Shown one piece after another: positions 40,801-48,794 of a DNA stretch of 64,000 bases (position 1 is the first letter of the stretch; each line of letters starts with the position of its first letter). Made by a program: the position numbers and the translations under genes. Under the pieces are notes generated by a model. The model did not search any database. It saw only the letters and a program-made list of their open reading frames with translations, and was not told the origin of the DNA. Source of the stretch: Noviherbaspirillum sp. (GTDB lineage Bacteria > Pseudomonadota > Gammaproteobacteria > Burkholderiales > Burkholderiaceae_D); NCBI RefSeq assembly GCF_036563305.1, contig NZ_DATCMQ010000006.1, positions 268,233-332,232 of the forward strand, read 5' to 3'.

Positions 40801-43800
40801 ACATGGTCTTGCCCGTAAAGCTGCTTGGGATACCCTAGGTGGGGCGTACCGTGAGGACGCCGCCACGCTAAATGCATCAGAGCTGAAGCTTCAATGGGCC
40901 GAAGCGCAATCAACCTGGTGGCCGAAGAGTTGGTTCGCGAAGCGTTCTCTGACGAGCCGTCTGCGTCTATTCCGAAACGACCAGGCGCGGCCAAACGAGG
41001 GCGACGTCCTTCCGACACTTGAGGCACTCGCCAAGGTAAACGCGGAAGACAAGGCACTGGAGTCGATGGCAGCCGAAGCATCTTTGCTGTTACAGGAACA
41101 GTACGCGTCGTCCAAGACCGACTGGGACGTAGTGTCGGAAGGGGCAAAGTGGGCGGAGGAGTTTGCCGAGGCGGTCGTCCGGATGGCTGGAAGTGACCCC
41201 GAGGCAGCGCGAAGCCTTCGAGAGAGACTTCAGCCCTTCGTAACAGAGAACCGTTCGATGCTCAAAGGCGATGGTTCCGTGGGCGCGAACCTCATCCGGT
41301 ATCGGGATGGCTATCGCGATTTGTTGGCAAAATTGCACTCCGTCGCCGAGCTCGGAAACTGCGAGCAAAACCTTGCCCTTGACGTGGCGGCACCTGGTGT
41401 CATCACCCGACTGCTAGGTGTGCTCCAGGGTTGGAGCCGGGCGCAGCGTCAGTTACAGCCCTGGTGCCTGTGGCAGCGTTCGCGCAGCAAAGCCACTGTA
41501 CAGGGCTTGCAGGGGGTGGTTACAGCTCTTGAGGTGGGTGACGTCAATCTTGCTGATGTCGCGGAATACTTCGAGTACAGCTACCGCAGCTGGTGGTTGA
41601 AGAAGGCCATCGACAAAGAACCGGCTCTTTGTAGCTTCTCCAGCGCTGACCACGAGCGAAAAATCGCCGAGTTCCAGACTGCTGACGCGCGATTCCAGAA
41701 GCTAACCCAACAGTACGTTGCCGCCCGCCTTGCCGGTCAAATCCCGTCTATGGGATTGCTTGTGCCCGGCGTGGAGTCGGAGATGGGCAAGCTGCGCCGC
41801 GAACTCCAAAAGCAGCGCAAACATATGCCTATCCGCCAGCTCGTGCAGAACCTGCCGACGCTGCTGCCGAAACTGAAGCCATGCCTCCTGATGTCGCCAC
41901 TCTCTGTGGCCCAATATCTGGACGCAGCTCATGCACAATTCGACGTTGTGGTCTTCGATGAAGCGTCTCAGATACCGGTTTGGGACGCCGTAGGTGCCAT
42001 TGCTCGGGGCAAGCAGCTCATCTGCGTTGGCGACCCGAAACAGCTCCCTCCGACCAACTTCTTCAACCGCGTAGACGATACAGGCGACGGTGGTGACGAC
42101 TCAGACGTGCAGGACTTAGAGAGCATTCTGGACGAGTGCCTGAGCATCGGTATGCCGAAACTTGGCTTGAACTGGCACTACCGAAGCAAGCATGAGAGCC
42201 TCATCACCTTCAGCAACGTCACCTACTATGAGAATAGGCTAGTCACGTTCCCGTCCCCGGTTACGGAGGACCGCGGCGTTCATTTCGAGCATGTGAAGGG
42301 CGTGTACGACCGCGGCGGTTCGAGGACGAATCGCGCGGAAGCAGATGCCATCGTCAAGGCAATCGAGAAGCACTTCCTTGACCCGGCAAAGCGCAGCCAG
42401 ACATTGGGCGTGGTGACGTTCAATCAGGCCCAGCAGAGCCTTATCGAAAAACTGCTTGATGAGCGCCGGCGTGCTTCAGCCGCCCTCGACCAGGCGATTG
42501 CACAAGCTATGAACGAGCCGTTGTTCATCAAGAACCTGGAGAATGTCCAGGGCGATGAACGCGATGTTATCTATTTTTCAATCACCTACGGCCCTGACTC
42601 TGCGGGCAAGGTCAGCCTGAACTTCGGCCCGTTGAATCTGGAAGGGGGACATCGACGTCTGAACGTTGCCGTCTCGAGGGCACGACAAGGCGTCGTTATC
42701 TTCAGTACCTTGCTCCCAGAGCACATCGACCTATCCAAGGTTCGCGCCGCAGGGGTACGGGACCTGAAGAACTACCTGGAATTTGCCATTCGCGGACCGA
42801 GGGCACTGGTAGAACAGAGCTTCCCGACCGGTATGGAACCAGATAGCCCTTTCGAGCGTGAAGTCATCTCTGCACTACGAGAGAAGGGTTGGGAGGTACA
42901 TCCGCAGGTCGGAGCCTCTGGTTATCGCATCGATATCGGCGTCGTAGACCCGCGGGCGCCAGGCCGTTACCTATTGGGCGTCGAGTGCGACGGACGGACG
43001 TACCACTCGGGGGCGACCGCCAGGGACCGGGACAGATTGCGTCAGCATGTGCTTGAAGGCCTGGGTTGGCAGTTGCATCGGATTTGGTCCACAGATTGGT
43101 GGTTGAACCCGGAAGAGCCGATGTGCAAGCTGTTGGTACGACTGGAGCAACTCGTCGCCGAGGAGCCGGTGATACCTGAGCCGAACATGGAAGGCGGCCA
43201 GGCAGGCGACGTTACGACGGCCGCTGAGCCATCCGAGTTTGACGAGACTGAACGGCAGGATGCGTCGGACAAGGGAGAACAACCCCAGCCGAATTCATTC
43301 CCTCGCTACTCTCCGGCTGTTCTTGAGAAGAGCAAACCTGAGTTGTTCTATGAGGAGCGCTCTGATGCCAAGCTTCGAAACCAGCTCCTGTATGTCATCA
43401 ACCAGGAAGGACCAGTCGCCGAGTCCGTGCTCTTCCGGCGCGTCGCCCGTGCCTGGGACTTGTCTCGCACTGGGCGACGCATCGAAGAACGTTTGAGGCT
43501 TCTTGCGCCGACCAGGCTGGGTCGCAGTTCTGACGGACTTACTGTGTACTGGCCAGAGAATGCAACTCCGGAGGCGTGGAATGGATTCCGGCTATCAGGT
43601 GCGGACGCTGAGTCGAAGCGTGGGTTGGATGAGATTCCTGCAGAAGAGTTGGGCAATATTGCACTGTTCATCCTGACCCAGCAGGGCAGGATGCGGATAG
43701 GCGACTTGCAGCGTTCTGTTTGCAAACTGCTCGGCGTCTCCCGCTTGTCCAGCGATGCTGAAGCCAGGCTGAATAGGGCCTTTGGCTACGGCAGAGCGAG

Positions 43801-43849
43801 CCAGTTGTTGGTTGTTGACGAGGAGGTAGCATCTGCACGGCGAGGCTAG
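37877..43849 (+). CDS. Giant multidomain protein: transglutaminase-like core + DUF4011 + Upf1-like SF1 helicase + DUF559/Vsr-like endonuclease + DUF3320
   Basis: 1990 aa. Transglutaminase-like Cys/His elements (GTCLDLTMLF, EGHSWVGAWL). DUF4011-type motif (LLDLTLRNKLLNFKP). Helicase motifs: VEGPPGTGKSQT, VVFDEASQI, VGDPKQLPP, WHYRSKHESLI, TFNQAQ, VQGDERDVI, RRLNVAVSRAR. PD-(D/E)xK-like module (GYRIDIGV...LGVECDG..YH). DUF3320-type tail. Confidence 0.85.
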   Translation: MTTEMGATSPLTVDIVAVEESLAALEVTRPTLELAIQADQTTGYVAIQNNIPVVRSLTVTNTGDAPLKNVEVLVACSPAFASSVKLRFEHLAPGESRRIVPVDLQADHSYLTQLDELERGTISAKASSADVELAETSKSIDILAYEQWAATRSLPELLAAFCMPNSRVVDQLISKASTLLRQTNTELSMSGYQAKNREKVWKQISALYSAIVAESLHYSNPPASFGTDGQKIRTPERMLDGRLGTCLDLTMLFASCLEQAGINPVVLIKEGHSWVGAWLVDTCFPTALVDDVQAVRKRVKSGEFVVFETTGVAGGQKPSLRWACSQGEEYLQEEGRFQYAVDIRRAREVQIRPLPSRSKAEPHAQIADSAPPAIEDMPSLPPLDPLAVPAIEVNVPDTPEGRLAKWKSKLLDLTLRNKLLNFKPTKTSLGVICPDPNALEDSLSEGKEFKIRPLPQLMSGSDTREAAVFTARNGATPLDALALDALGRREIIVNVPEESLEGRLVEIFRAAGTGLEEGGANTLFLAFGLLQWQEDKDAEAQHLAPILLVPVTLSRQSVRSGFRLVRHDDDALVNPTLVQKLWQDFSLKLPAFDVLPSDEKGIDVGKVLQTFRLHVAELKGWEVKDEVHLGIFSFTKYLMWKDLQDRHQQLQANTVVSHLINNPDEAFASADIGFEPSTLDQAYRPQDLFAPLLSDSSQLRAICAASDGKNLVVEGPPGTGKSQTITNLISHLLATGKTVLFVSEKMAALEVVHRRLNSLGLGAFCLELHSSKAKKAEVLKQLGTALEAATSRTVKEWDMEAERLGALRQELNGVATALHRIYPNDLTVFEAIGTCIKYGSKRPASMGWADANAHTRPALEGLRETARQMAALASQLSDLRTHPLSAVRRGDWSPSWQQELLDAAAALEKAVSELQSGAGDMLRLFGLDASLFSLRDLESFDRLADTLIRAPRVPTGVAKAAHDEAARARLGSLRQHGLARKAAWDTLGGAYREDAATLNASELKLQWAEAQSTWWPKSWFAKRSLTSRLRLFRNDQARPNEGDVLPTLEALAKVNAEDKALESMAAEASLLLQEQYASSKTDWDVVSEGAKWAEEFAEAVVRMAGSDPEAARSLRERLQPFVTENRSMLKGDGSVGANLIRYRDGYRDLLAKLHSVAELGNCEQNLALDVAAPGVITRLLGVLQGWSRAQRQLQPWCLWQRSRSKATVQGLQGVVTALEVGDVNLADVAEYFEYSYRSWWLKKAIDKEPALCSFSSADHERKIAEFQTADARFQKLTQQYVAARLAGQIPSMGLLVPGVESEMGKLRRELQKQRKHMPIRQLVQNLPTLLPKLKPCLLMSPLSVAQYLDAAHAQFDVVVFDEASQIPVWDAVGAIARGKQLICVGDPKQLPPTNFFNRVDDTGDGGDDSDVQDLESILDECLSIGMPKLGLNWHYRSKHESLITFSNVTYYENRLVTFPSPVTEDRGVHFEHVKGVYDRGGSRTNRAEADAIVKAIEKHFLDPAKRSQTLGVVTFNQAQQSLIEKLLDERRRASAALDQAIAQAMNEPLFIKNLENVQGDERDVIYFSITYGPDSAGKVSLNFGPLNLEGGHRRLNVAVSRARQGVVIFSTLLPEHIDLSKVRAAGVRDLKNYLEFAIRGPRALVEQSFPTGMEPDSPFEREVISALREKGWEVHPQVGASGYRIDIGVVDPRAPGRYLLGVECDGRTYHSGATARDRDRLRQHVLEGLGWQLHRIWSTDWWLNPEEPMCKLLVRLEQLVAEEPVIPEPNMEGGQAGDVTTAAEPSEFDETERQDASDKGEQPQPNSFPRYSPAVLEKSKPELFYEERSDAKLRNQLLYVINQEGPVAESVLFRRVARAWDLSRTGRRIEERLRLLAPTRLGRSSDGLTVYWPENATPEAWNGFRLSGADAESKRGLDEIPAEELGNIALFILTQQGRMRIGDLQRSVCKLLGVSRLSSDAEARLNRAFGYGRASQLLVVDEEVASARRG

Positions 43850-43960
43850 GCCGCGACGACGAAATGGAAGCCAAACGAAAACTGTGCTTGGGAAGAGAAG
43901 TTTTCTGAGTGCAGAGAACCCGACGACACGGGTTCTTTCTGAACAATTGATACTCTGTTT

Positions 43961-44482
43961 ATGCCGACTAAACCATTAGACCGACTGATGTTTATCCAAG
44001 GTGGCCTGTGTTTCTTTTGCAGGCAACCGCTCCCAAGGGATGAAGCGAGCATTGAACACTTACACGGGGTTGCGAACGGCGGTGGAAACAACGAGGACAA
44101 CTGCGTCGCCTGTTGCAAGTCGGTCAACTCTCTCCTCGGAAGCATGTCCGTCAAAGAGAAGTTCCAGGTTGTACTCAACCAGAAGGGGCAGTTTCGGTGC
44201 CCAAATGGCACTGTGAACATCAAGGGAACCACGCCGCCGCAACCGAGCGGAAGCGTTCGAGCTCCGGCCAACGCGCTCAGCGACGATACGGTTAGGCTTG
44301 TCGTCGCAAACTTGAAACGCCGGGGTAATGCTAGGCCAAGCTCGGTGAAGACTCTCACAAACTCGCTTGCGACTCTCTTGCCCAAGGGGACGCCAAAGGT
44401 AGACCTGGAAAGACTGATTAGCCGGCTGAAATCTGAAGGCGTTATGGCTGTTGACGGCGACAGGGTCGAATATCGGCTCTGA
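43961..44482 (+). CDS. HNH endonuclease-domain protein with a C-terminal winged-helix-like extension
   Basis: 173 aa. Motifs: CFFCRQPL...IEHLHGVANGGGNNEDNCVACCKSVN (Cys pairs plus the His/Asn pattern of the HNH beta-beta-alpha-metal fold). It lies 111 nt downstream of the giant helicase on the same strand. Confidence 0.75.
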   Translation: MPTKPLDRLMFIQGGLCFFCRQPLPRDEASIEHLHGVANGGGNNEDNCVACCKSVNSLLGSMSVKEKFQVVLNQKGQFRCPNGTVNIKGTTPPQPSGSVRAPANALSDDTVRLVVANLKRRGNARPSSVKTLTNSLATLLPKGTPKVDLERLISRLKSEGVMAVDGDRVEYRL

Positions 44483-44680
44483 CCACAGCATGGACACCGT
44501 TGTTGCTTCTACGGCAATAGCCAGAAGGCAGTCCGCCCCAGCACGGGTCACCCGTGGCGCTTGGCCTTCGTCAAAAAAAACATTCTAGGATTCCCGGGTA
44601 GTTCCGGCAAAGGTGAATGGTTAGTCTCCTATTCGCGTCCCCGACGCGACGTTTGTATGACCTTGAACTAGGAGAAAACC

Positions 44681-44938
44681 ATGTCAAAACCCACTTCCAA
44701 ACCTTCCGCTTCCAAAACCAACACGAAAATTTCGAAGCCGTCGCCTCTCCCACCTCTTGTCAAGCCAAGGCCCGCTCCAAGACGTAGACCTACAGTGAAA
44801 ACGCCGTGGACTATAGAGGCCGCGAGCCGGGTATACTCCGCGACTGCTAAAAAGCATGGTCAGATTGAAAAGGATACGTTCGCGGCCGACACAATGTCGA
44901 AGGCTATGCGAAACCAGGCGAAACTAATCAAGAACTGA
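44681..44938 (+). CDS. Small basic, Pro/Lys-rich hypothetical protein (85 aa)
   Basis: ORF with a GGAG-type RBS (ctaggagaaaaccATG). The N-terminus is low-complexity and the C-terminal 40 aa look helical. Confidence 0.5.
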   Translation: MSKPTSKPSASKTNTKISKPSPLPPLVKPRPAPRRRPTVKTPWTIEAASRVYSATAKKHGQIEKDTFAADTMSKAMRNQAKLIKN

Positions 44939-44943
44939 GAGCA

Positions 44944-45243
44944 ATGTCGACACCAAGAATGTTCGGTTTCCCGGATGTCCGAATGCTGCTGGATGAATTT
45001 GTAAGGGCGAGCCATCTCGTCCCTTACGACAGCGTGCTCTATGCCGATGTTCGGCAGTTCGCAACGGGGAAGCGAAGGCTTTACGCAAGCCTTGAAACAT
45101 CGACTAGGTTGGGCGAGAGAGTCGTAGTCGATTTCCCGAAACTCTGGACCCGTCTTAAAGATGAGCTAGGAGCGACATGGTTGACCCCGGAGATGAGCAA
45201 GGCGGTATTTGCAAGGCTGGAGGGGTCCTTGACGTCTATTTGA
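44944..45243 (+). CDS. Hypothetical protein (99 aa)
   Basis: ORF 5 nt downstream of the previous gene. I recognise no motif. Confidence 0.5.
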   Translation: MSTPRMFGFPDVRMLLDEFVRASHLVPYDSVLYADVRQFATGKRRLYASLETSTRLGERVVVDFPKLWTRLKDELGATWLTPEMSKAVFARLEGSLTSI

Positions 45244-45302
45244 CGGAATTTGTGCACAAGATATCCGGGGCAGCTCTTCCCACGGTACGGATTGCAGAGA
45301 TT

Positions 45303-46241
45303 ATGCGAGCTACCTTTTTTGCTCAACGGCTTGCCGTGGACTTCAGTTGGTTGGAGCAAAGATGGGGCATCGGCGCCCTGAGGAAAATTCTCCCCAAAGG
45401 AACTGTCGAGCCAAATCCGGTAGGTCAAGTCTTACGGTGGATTCGCAAGCTTGAGGGGTGGTCACAGAGAGAGGCCGCGCTACAAGCCAGGGAGGAACCC
45501 ATTGATGTGCTTGGCCAAATGAGCATTTGGGAGACCGGGAAGAACGCCCCGCGAAAGGACTCGTTCCCGTTACTTCGTAAGTTGTACGGCCTAGAGACGA
45601 ACGAGCGGTATCGACTATGGTTCTGGGTTGCCCTTTGCGTATCGTCCATAGAAAACGGCTTTCGTAGGGAGATTTCGGCGTGCATAGGTAGAGCATTCGA
45701 TTTGAGCGCGGCTCGGGCCCCCATCGTGGAAGCGACCAATTCAGCAATACTCGAGGCGCCTCCTCCTGCGTGCTTTCAATTACTTGCGGAACTACTCTGC
45801 AGTCAGGGCGTTATTCGTCAAAAGGGCGACCGTGAACGAGCCCTCATGGCACTAGACCTGTTCCGCGAACACGTAGCAAAGAATGGCGGTCTAGGTGAGT
45901 ATCATCTACCTGCCATGGCCGGTCGAATCGCGATGTTGGACCGGGACCCCGTTTCTGCACGCGACTACTTCAAACAAGCGGTTGAGCTGGCACAGTATCA
46001 GGAGCCGCATTCAGTAGAAAGAATACTTCGAGAAGCGGCAGCAATCTTCCAGCGACACTGCTATGCGGTTCCATTGAAGGATGTCACCGACCTGCAGTGG
46101 CTTATGGGAGTCCATCCTATCCAGCTGCGGAAAGCGGCCTGGGATGACGATGATACTTGGGAATCTGTGACTGAACAAAAGCGGGTTTTCGACTATATCC
46201 GCTATTTCCCCCCTCAGGCATTTTTTGACCGAGCGGAGTAG
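45303..46241 (+). CDS. XRE-like HTH protein with a C-terminal helical-repeat (TPR-like) region
   Basis: HTH segment VGQVLRWIRKLEGWSQREAALQA. The start is uncertain: a TTG at 45240 would overlap the preceding stop (TTGA), and ATG at 45303 is the conservative choice. Confidence 0.6.
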   Translation: MRATFFAQRLAVDFSWLEQRWGIGALRKILPKGTVEPNPVGQVLRWIRKLEGWSQREAALQAREEPIDVLGQMSIWETGKNAPRKDSFPLLRKLYGLETNERYRLWFWVALCVSSIENGFRREISACIGRAFDLSAARAPIVEATNSAILEAPPPACFQLLAELLCSQGVIRQKGDRERALMALDLFREHVAKNGGLGEYHLPAMAGRIAMLDRDPVSARDYFKQAVELAQYQEPHSVERILREAAAIFQRHCYAVPLKDVTDLQWLMGVHPIQLRKAAWDDDDTWESVTEQKRVFDYIRYFPPQAFFDRAE

Positions 46242-46265
46242 GAGCTACGGGTTGTGACCCGGAGA

Positions 46266-46295
46266 GGGGGGGGGGCCTGAGGCCACCCCGTTTTT
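46266..46295 (+). terminator. Terminator-like hairpin that begins with a G10 homopolymer
   Basis: Ten consecutive G (46266-46275) run into GGGGGCC-tga-GGCC(a)CCCC followed by gtttttc. Confidence 0.5.
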
Positions 46296-46447
46296 CTTTC
46301 TGCTGTCCCAACCTTGCAACACAAGACATCCGCAGTCTCGGCCGTGCCAACACCTGAAAAGATATTTTCAGTTCGTGGGGCGCCTCTCACTAATCCGAGC
46401 AGTCCATTCTAAGATTGATAAGAGGAAGATGGTAGCCGGCTGCATTT

Positions 46448-46822
46448 TCAGTTGCAGACATCGGGAACTGGCCAACCAAGTAGTTTAGCCACCCGTCTGA
46501 ACGACCATTTGAGCTGGGCTTCTGTCCCGTATCGTCCACCAGCGGCGACAGCCCGCTCGTAATACTGCGCGATGATGTCTTCTTCTGACATATGCGCGCG
46601 CTTCCCGCGCTTCGTTTCCGGACACTGCTTAACAAAGTGCTGCACGAGCGATTCGCTGTAAGACCAATCATGCCAGCGTTCCGGGGGAGTATTCCCAGGG
46701 ATGTAAAACTTCCCTTCATACTCAACTACGGAGAATTTTGGCTGTGCTCCGGAAAGGGAGCTTGCGATTTCGACGCGTGGATAGTCGTCCGGGACGTCTT
46801 CGTAATTTGCTGTTAACGGCAT
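46448..46822 (-). CDS. Mini-protein with a HipA glycine-rich-loop-like segment (paralog 1, 124 aa)
   Basis: SSLSGAQPKFSVVEYEGKFYIPGNTPP aligns with matching spacing to E. coli HipA ISVAGAQEKTALLRIGNDWCIPKGITP. The protein is clearly paralogous to the 158-aa ORF at 47730-48206. It is the last gene of the kptA operon. Confidence 0.6.
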   Translation of the reverse strand: MPLTANYEDVPDDYPRVEIASSLSGAQPKFSVVEYEGKFYIPGNTPPERWHDWSYSESLVQHFVKQCPETKRGKRAHMSEEDIIAQYYERAVAAGGRYGTEAQLKWSFRRVAKLLGWPVPDVCN

Positions 46823-46846
46823 CTTTTCCTTGAAGGGCTGTGATGC

Positions 46847-47386
46847 TTACAAGTCCGGAAACCGAAGATAATTTGACGGCACGTTCGCAGTAAGCCAAAC
46901 GCCATTGTCCGAGCATCTGAAGCTAAAGCCGTCCCTTACCATAGCCTGCGTTTCAACGACCAGCACTACCGGTGTGCCGCGCCGTGCTGCAACCGCTACC
47001 GCCGTGGTCCATGTCGCAGACAGGTGCACGTCATGCCGACGCCCGGGGAGAAGGCCATATTTCCGAATCTGAGGAAGAAAACCGCTGACGGTGCCGTGAT
47101 ACAAAACCGGCGGTGGGATTCTGATTGGCAGTTTCAGGTCAACTGCAACTGAGTGCCCTTGGGCGGCGCGAATACGGAGCCCGTCGTCGCTAACTGAAAA
47201 TCGCTGCTTATCGTTGTCGGCGACGATGCTCAACAGCTCCTCCTTGGTCATCGGGCTGCCAGCGGCTGTTGCTTTTGCCAAGAGTTCGTCGATGTCGGCC
47301 CACCCTTGTTTGTCGAGGGTAAGTCCAATGGCATCCGGGCGATGACGAAGCCAGCGACTCAGTAGCTTGCTTTTTAGTTCACTCAT
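46847..47386 (-). CDS. kptA: RNA 2'-phosphotransferase (Tpt1/KptA family, NAD+-dependent)
   Basis: LSRWLRHRPD, LDKQGWADIDELL, KQRF, IRAAQGHSV, LYHGT, GLLPGRRHDVHLS and GVWLT follow the Tpt1/KptA motif order. I prefer ATG at 47386 (MSELKSK); the ORF extends to 47428. Confidence 0.9.
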   Translation of the reverse strand: MSELKSKLLSRWLRHRPDAIGLTLDKQGWADIDELLAKATAAGSPMTKEELLSIVADNDKQRFSVSDDGLRIRAAQGHSVAVDLKLPIRIPPPVLYHGTVSGFLPQIRKYGLLPGRRHDVHLSATWTTAVAVAARRGTPVVLVVETQAMVRDGFSFRCSDNGVWLTANVPSNYLRFPDL

Positions 47387-47437
47387 CTGTTTATCCAGGA
47401 GCGGCTGCGGGCCGCACGAAGTAGACATATCTGCGAG

Positions 47438-47746
47438 TTATCCTTTTTTTGACAAACCGGGCGCAACGATTAGTTGGTTCGTCACGGCCTGGACGCGTCG
47501 GTCGGTCACCGGCTCAAATTGCTCGCTTGAGGACCCACAGTAAAAGCAGCACCTATAGCGGGCAATGGAGATTAAGCCGCTTCCATACCATTGCTCGCGT
47601 TCTTGTTGAGGTAGGTCGGCCAGATGGCGGTTCAACATCTCAACCTGCGCTAGCGCGTCCGGTTCCGAGATGCCGTTTTGGACGCTACCGCACTGCAGGC
47701 ACCTGAATCGTCCTAGTATTTTCATGAGGTCACTCGTGACGGCCAC
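47438..47746 (-). CDS. Small zinc-ribbon-like protein (102 aa)
   Basis: Two CxxC pairs (CLQCG ... CFYCG). It is tightly packed between paralog 2 and kptA. An alternative start exists at 47725. Confidence 0.55.
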   Translation of the reverse strand: MAVTSDLMKILGRFRCLQCGSVQNGISEPDALAQVEMLNRHLADLPQQEREQWYGSGLISIARYRCCFYCGSSSEQFEPVTDRRVQAVTNQLIVAPGLSKKG

Positions 47747-48206
47747 CTACTTCGCGTTTGCTTGGTGCCGATTTCAATGTCCAAGCGTCGAAAGGGGAGG
47801 GTAACGCCGCGGGCGCCCGCGGAAGAGCCGATTCCGGAGCTGTGAATCCAGCTAAGCTGGCAGCTCTCCGGGCAACCCAACGCATTTCCTCGACTGAACC
47901 GCAATCCGCTTCGAGGAGCCGCCGGACCAAGTCGGCGAGAAGCTGCCCCTTCCGTGCCAATGAACCCTTTGCGTGTTTGTCCGTTGCGATTCGCATAGCC
48001 ACGTTCGCAGCAACTTCTTCGAAGACTACCCACCGTCCATGAACCTCCGGGGGCGTGCAGCCGGGCGGACAGTACCCTCGGTTATAGGCGACAGATGAAA
48101 ACAAGGGCTGTAGTCCTATCACCTCGGCCCTTAGTCTCGGGAAGTCGTCAGGCACTTCTGAGATGCGCCACTCGGAATCGTCCCACGATATATGCGAACC
48201 AGACAT
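47730..48206 (-). CDS. Mini-protein paralogous to 46448-46822 (paralog 2, 158 aa), with a degenerate HipA-loop-like segment
   Basis: VPDDFPRLRAEVIGLQPLFSSVAYNRGYCPPGCTPPE aligns with VPDDYPRVEIASSLSGAQPKFSVVEYEGKFYIPGNTPPE. The C-terminal halves also align (EEMRWVARRAASLAGF versus AQLKWSFRRVAKLLGW). Confidence 0.6.
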   Translation of the reverse strand: MSGSHISWDDSEWRISEVPDDFPRLRAEVIGLQPLFSSVAYNRGYCPPGCTPPEVHGRWVVFEEVAANVAMRIATDKHAKGSLARKGQLLADLVRRLLEADCGSVEEMRWVARRAASLAGFTAPESALPRAPAALPSPFDAWTLKSAPSKREVGGRHE

Positions 48207-48208
48207 CT

Positions 48209-48586
48209 CTACTTGGCTCCTTTGGCTGCGAACTGGGTGGCAAAGAGCCCTGTAATAGCAATCGTGTAGATGGGATAGCCGATTTGGCGAGATACGAGCT
48301 CCATGCGTATCCAGAGGTCGAGCTCGTCCGCCAGGGTTGGAAGTAGCTCGTCCGTCTTCTTTTGGAAACGCTGCAGCCGACTCGGGTCCTGCGCGTCGAG
48401 AAGCTTCTCAATCCAGTACTTCAACAGGTCCCACACGCCTTCCATCTCGAAGCGGTCGAGCGCGCCGTCTTTGTACATTGCCATCGAGCGGGCAAGCCGG
48501 ATGAGCACCTCGACAGGAAGTTGTTTCGGCATCAGCTCGTCGCCCTCCCGATGGAGGAACTCAGCTTTCCAACGTGTTGCGTCCAT
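48209..48586 (-). CDS. Hypothetical protein (125 aa), first gene of the kptA operon
   Basis: ORF ending 2 nt before the next gene. It looks predicted-helical and I recognise no motif. Confidence 0.5.
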   Translation of the reverse strand: MDATRWKAEFLHREGDELMPKQLPVEVLIRLARSMAMYKDGALDRFEMEGVWDLLKYWIEKLLDAQDPSRLQRFQKKTDELLPTLADELDLWIRMELVSRQIGYPIYTIAITGLFATQFAAKGAK

Positions 48587-48728
48587 GTCATTTCCAGTAG
48601 TTCAAGAATCGGTGGCATGATGAGTACGGTTGCGATACAGGCCTACACACTTAAAAGAATGAGCTTCTGCCAGAAACCAAGGAGATACGTCGTCATGTCA
48701 CCGCTGAATAGCGAGAGGTCAAGTGTAA

Positions 48729-48768
48729 CGATATATGTTGCCAACGTAAACCTTGCCAACATATATCG
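48729..48768. promoter_or_regulatory. Candidate operator between the kptA operon and the divergent XRE gene
   Basis: cgatatatgttgccaac-gtaaacc-ttgccaacatatatcg: an outer inverted repeat (gatatatg/catatatc) encloses a direct repeat of ttgccaac. It lies about 27 nt upstream of the XRE start. Confidence 0.45.
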
Positions 48769-48794
48769 AGTAGATTTTGTGCGTACGGTGAGCC

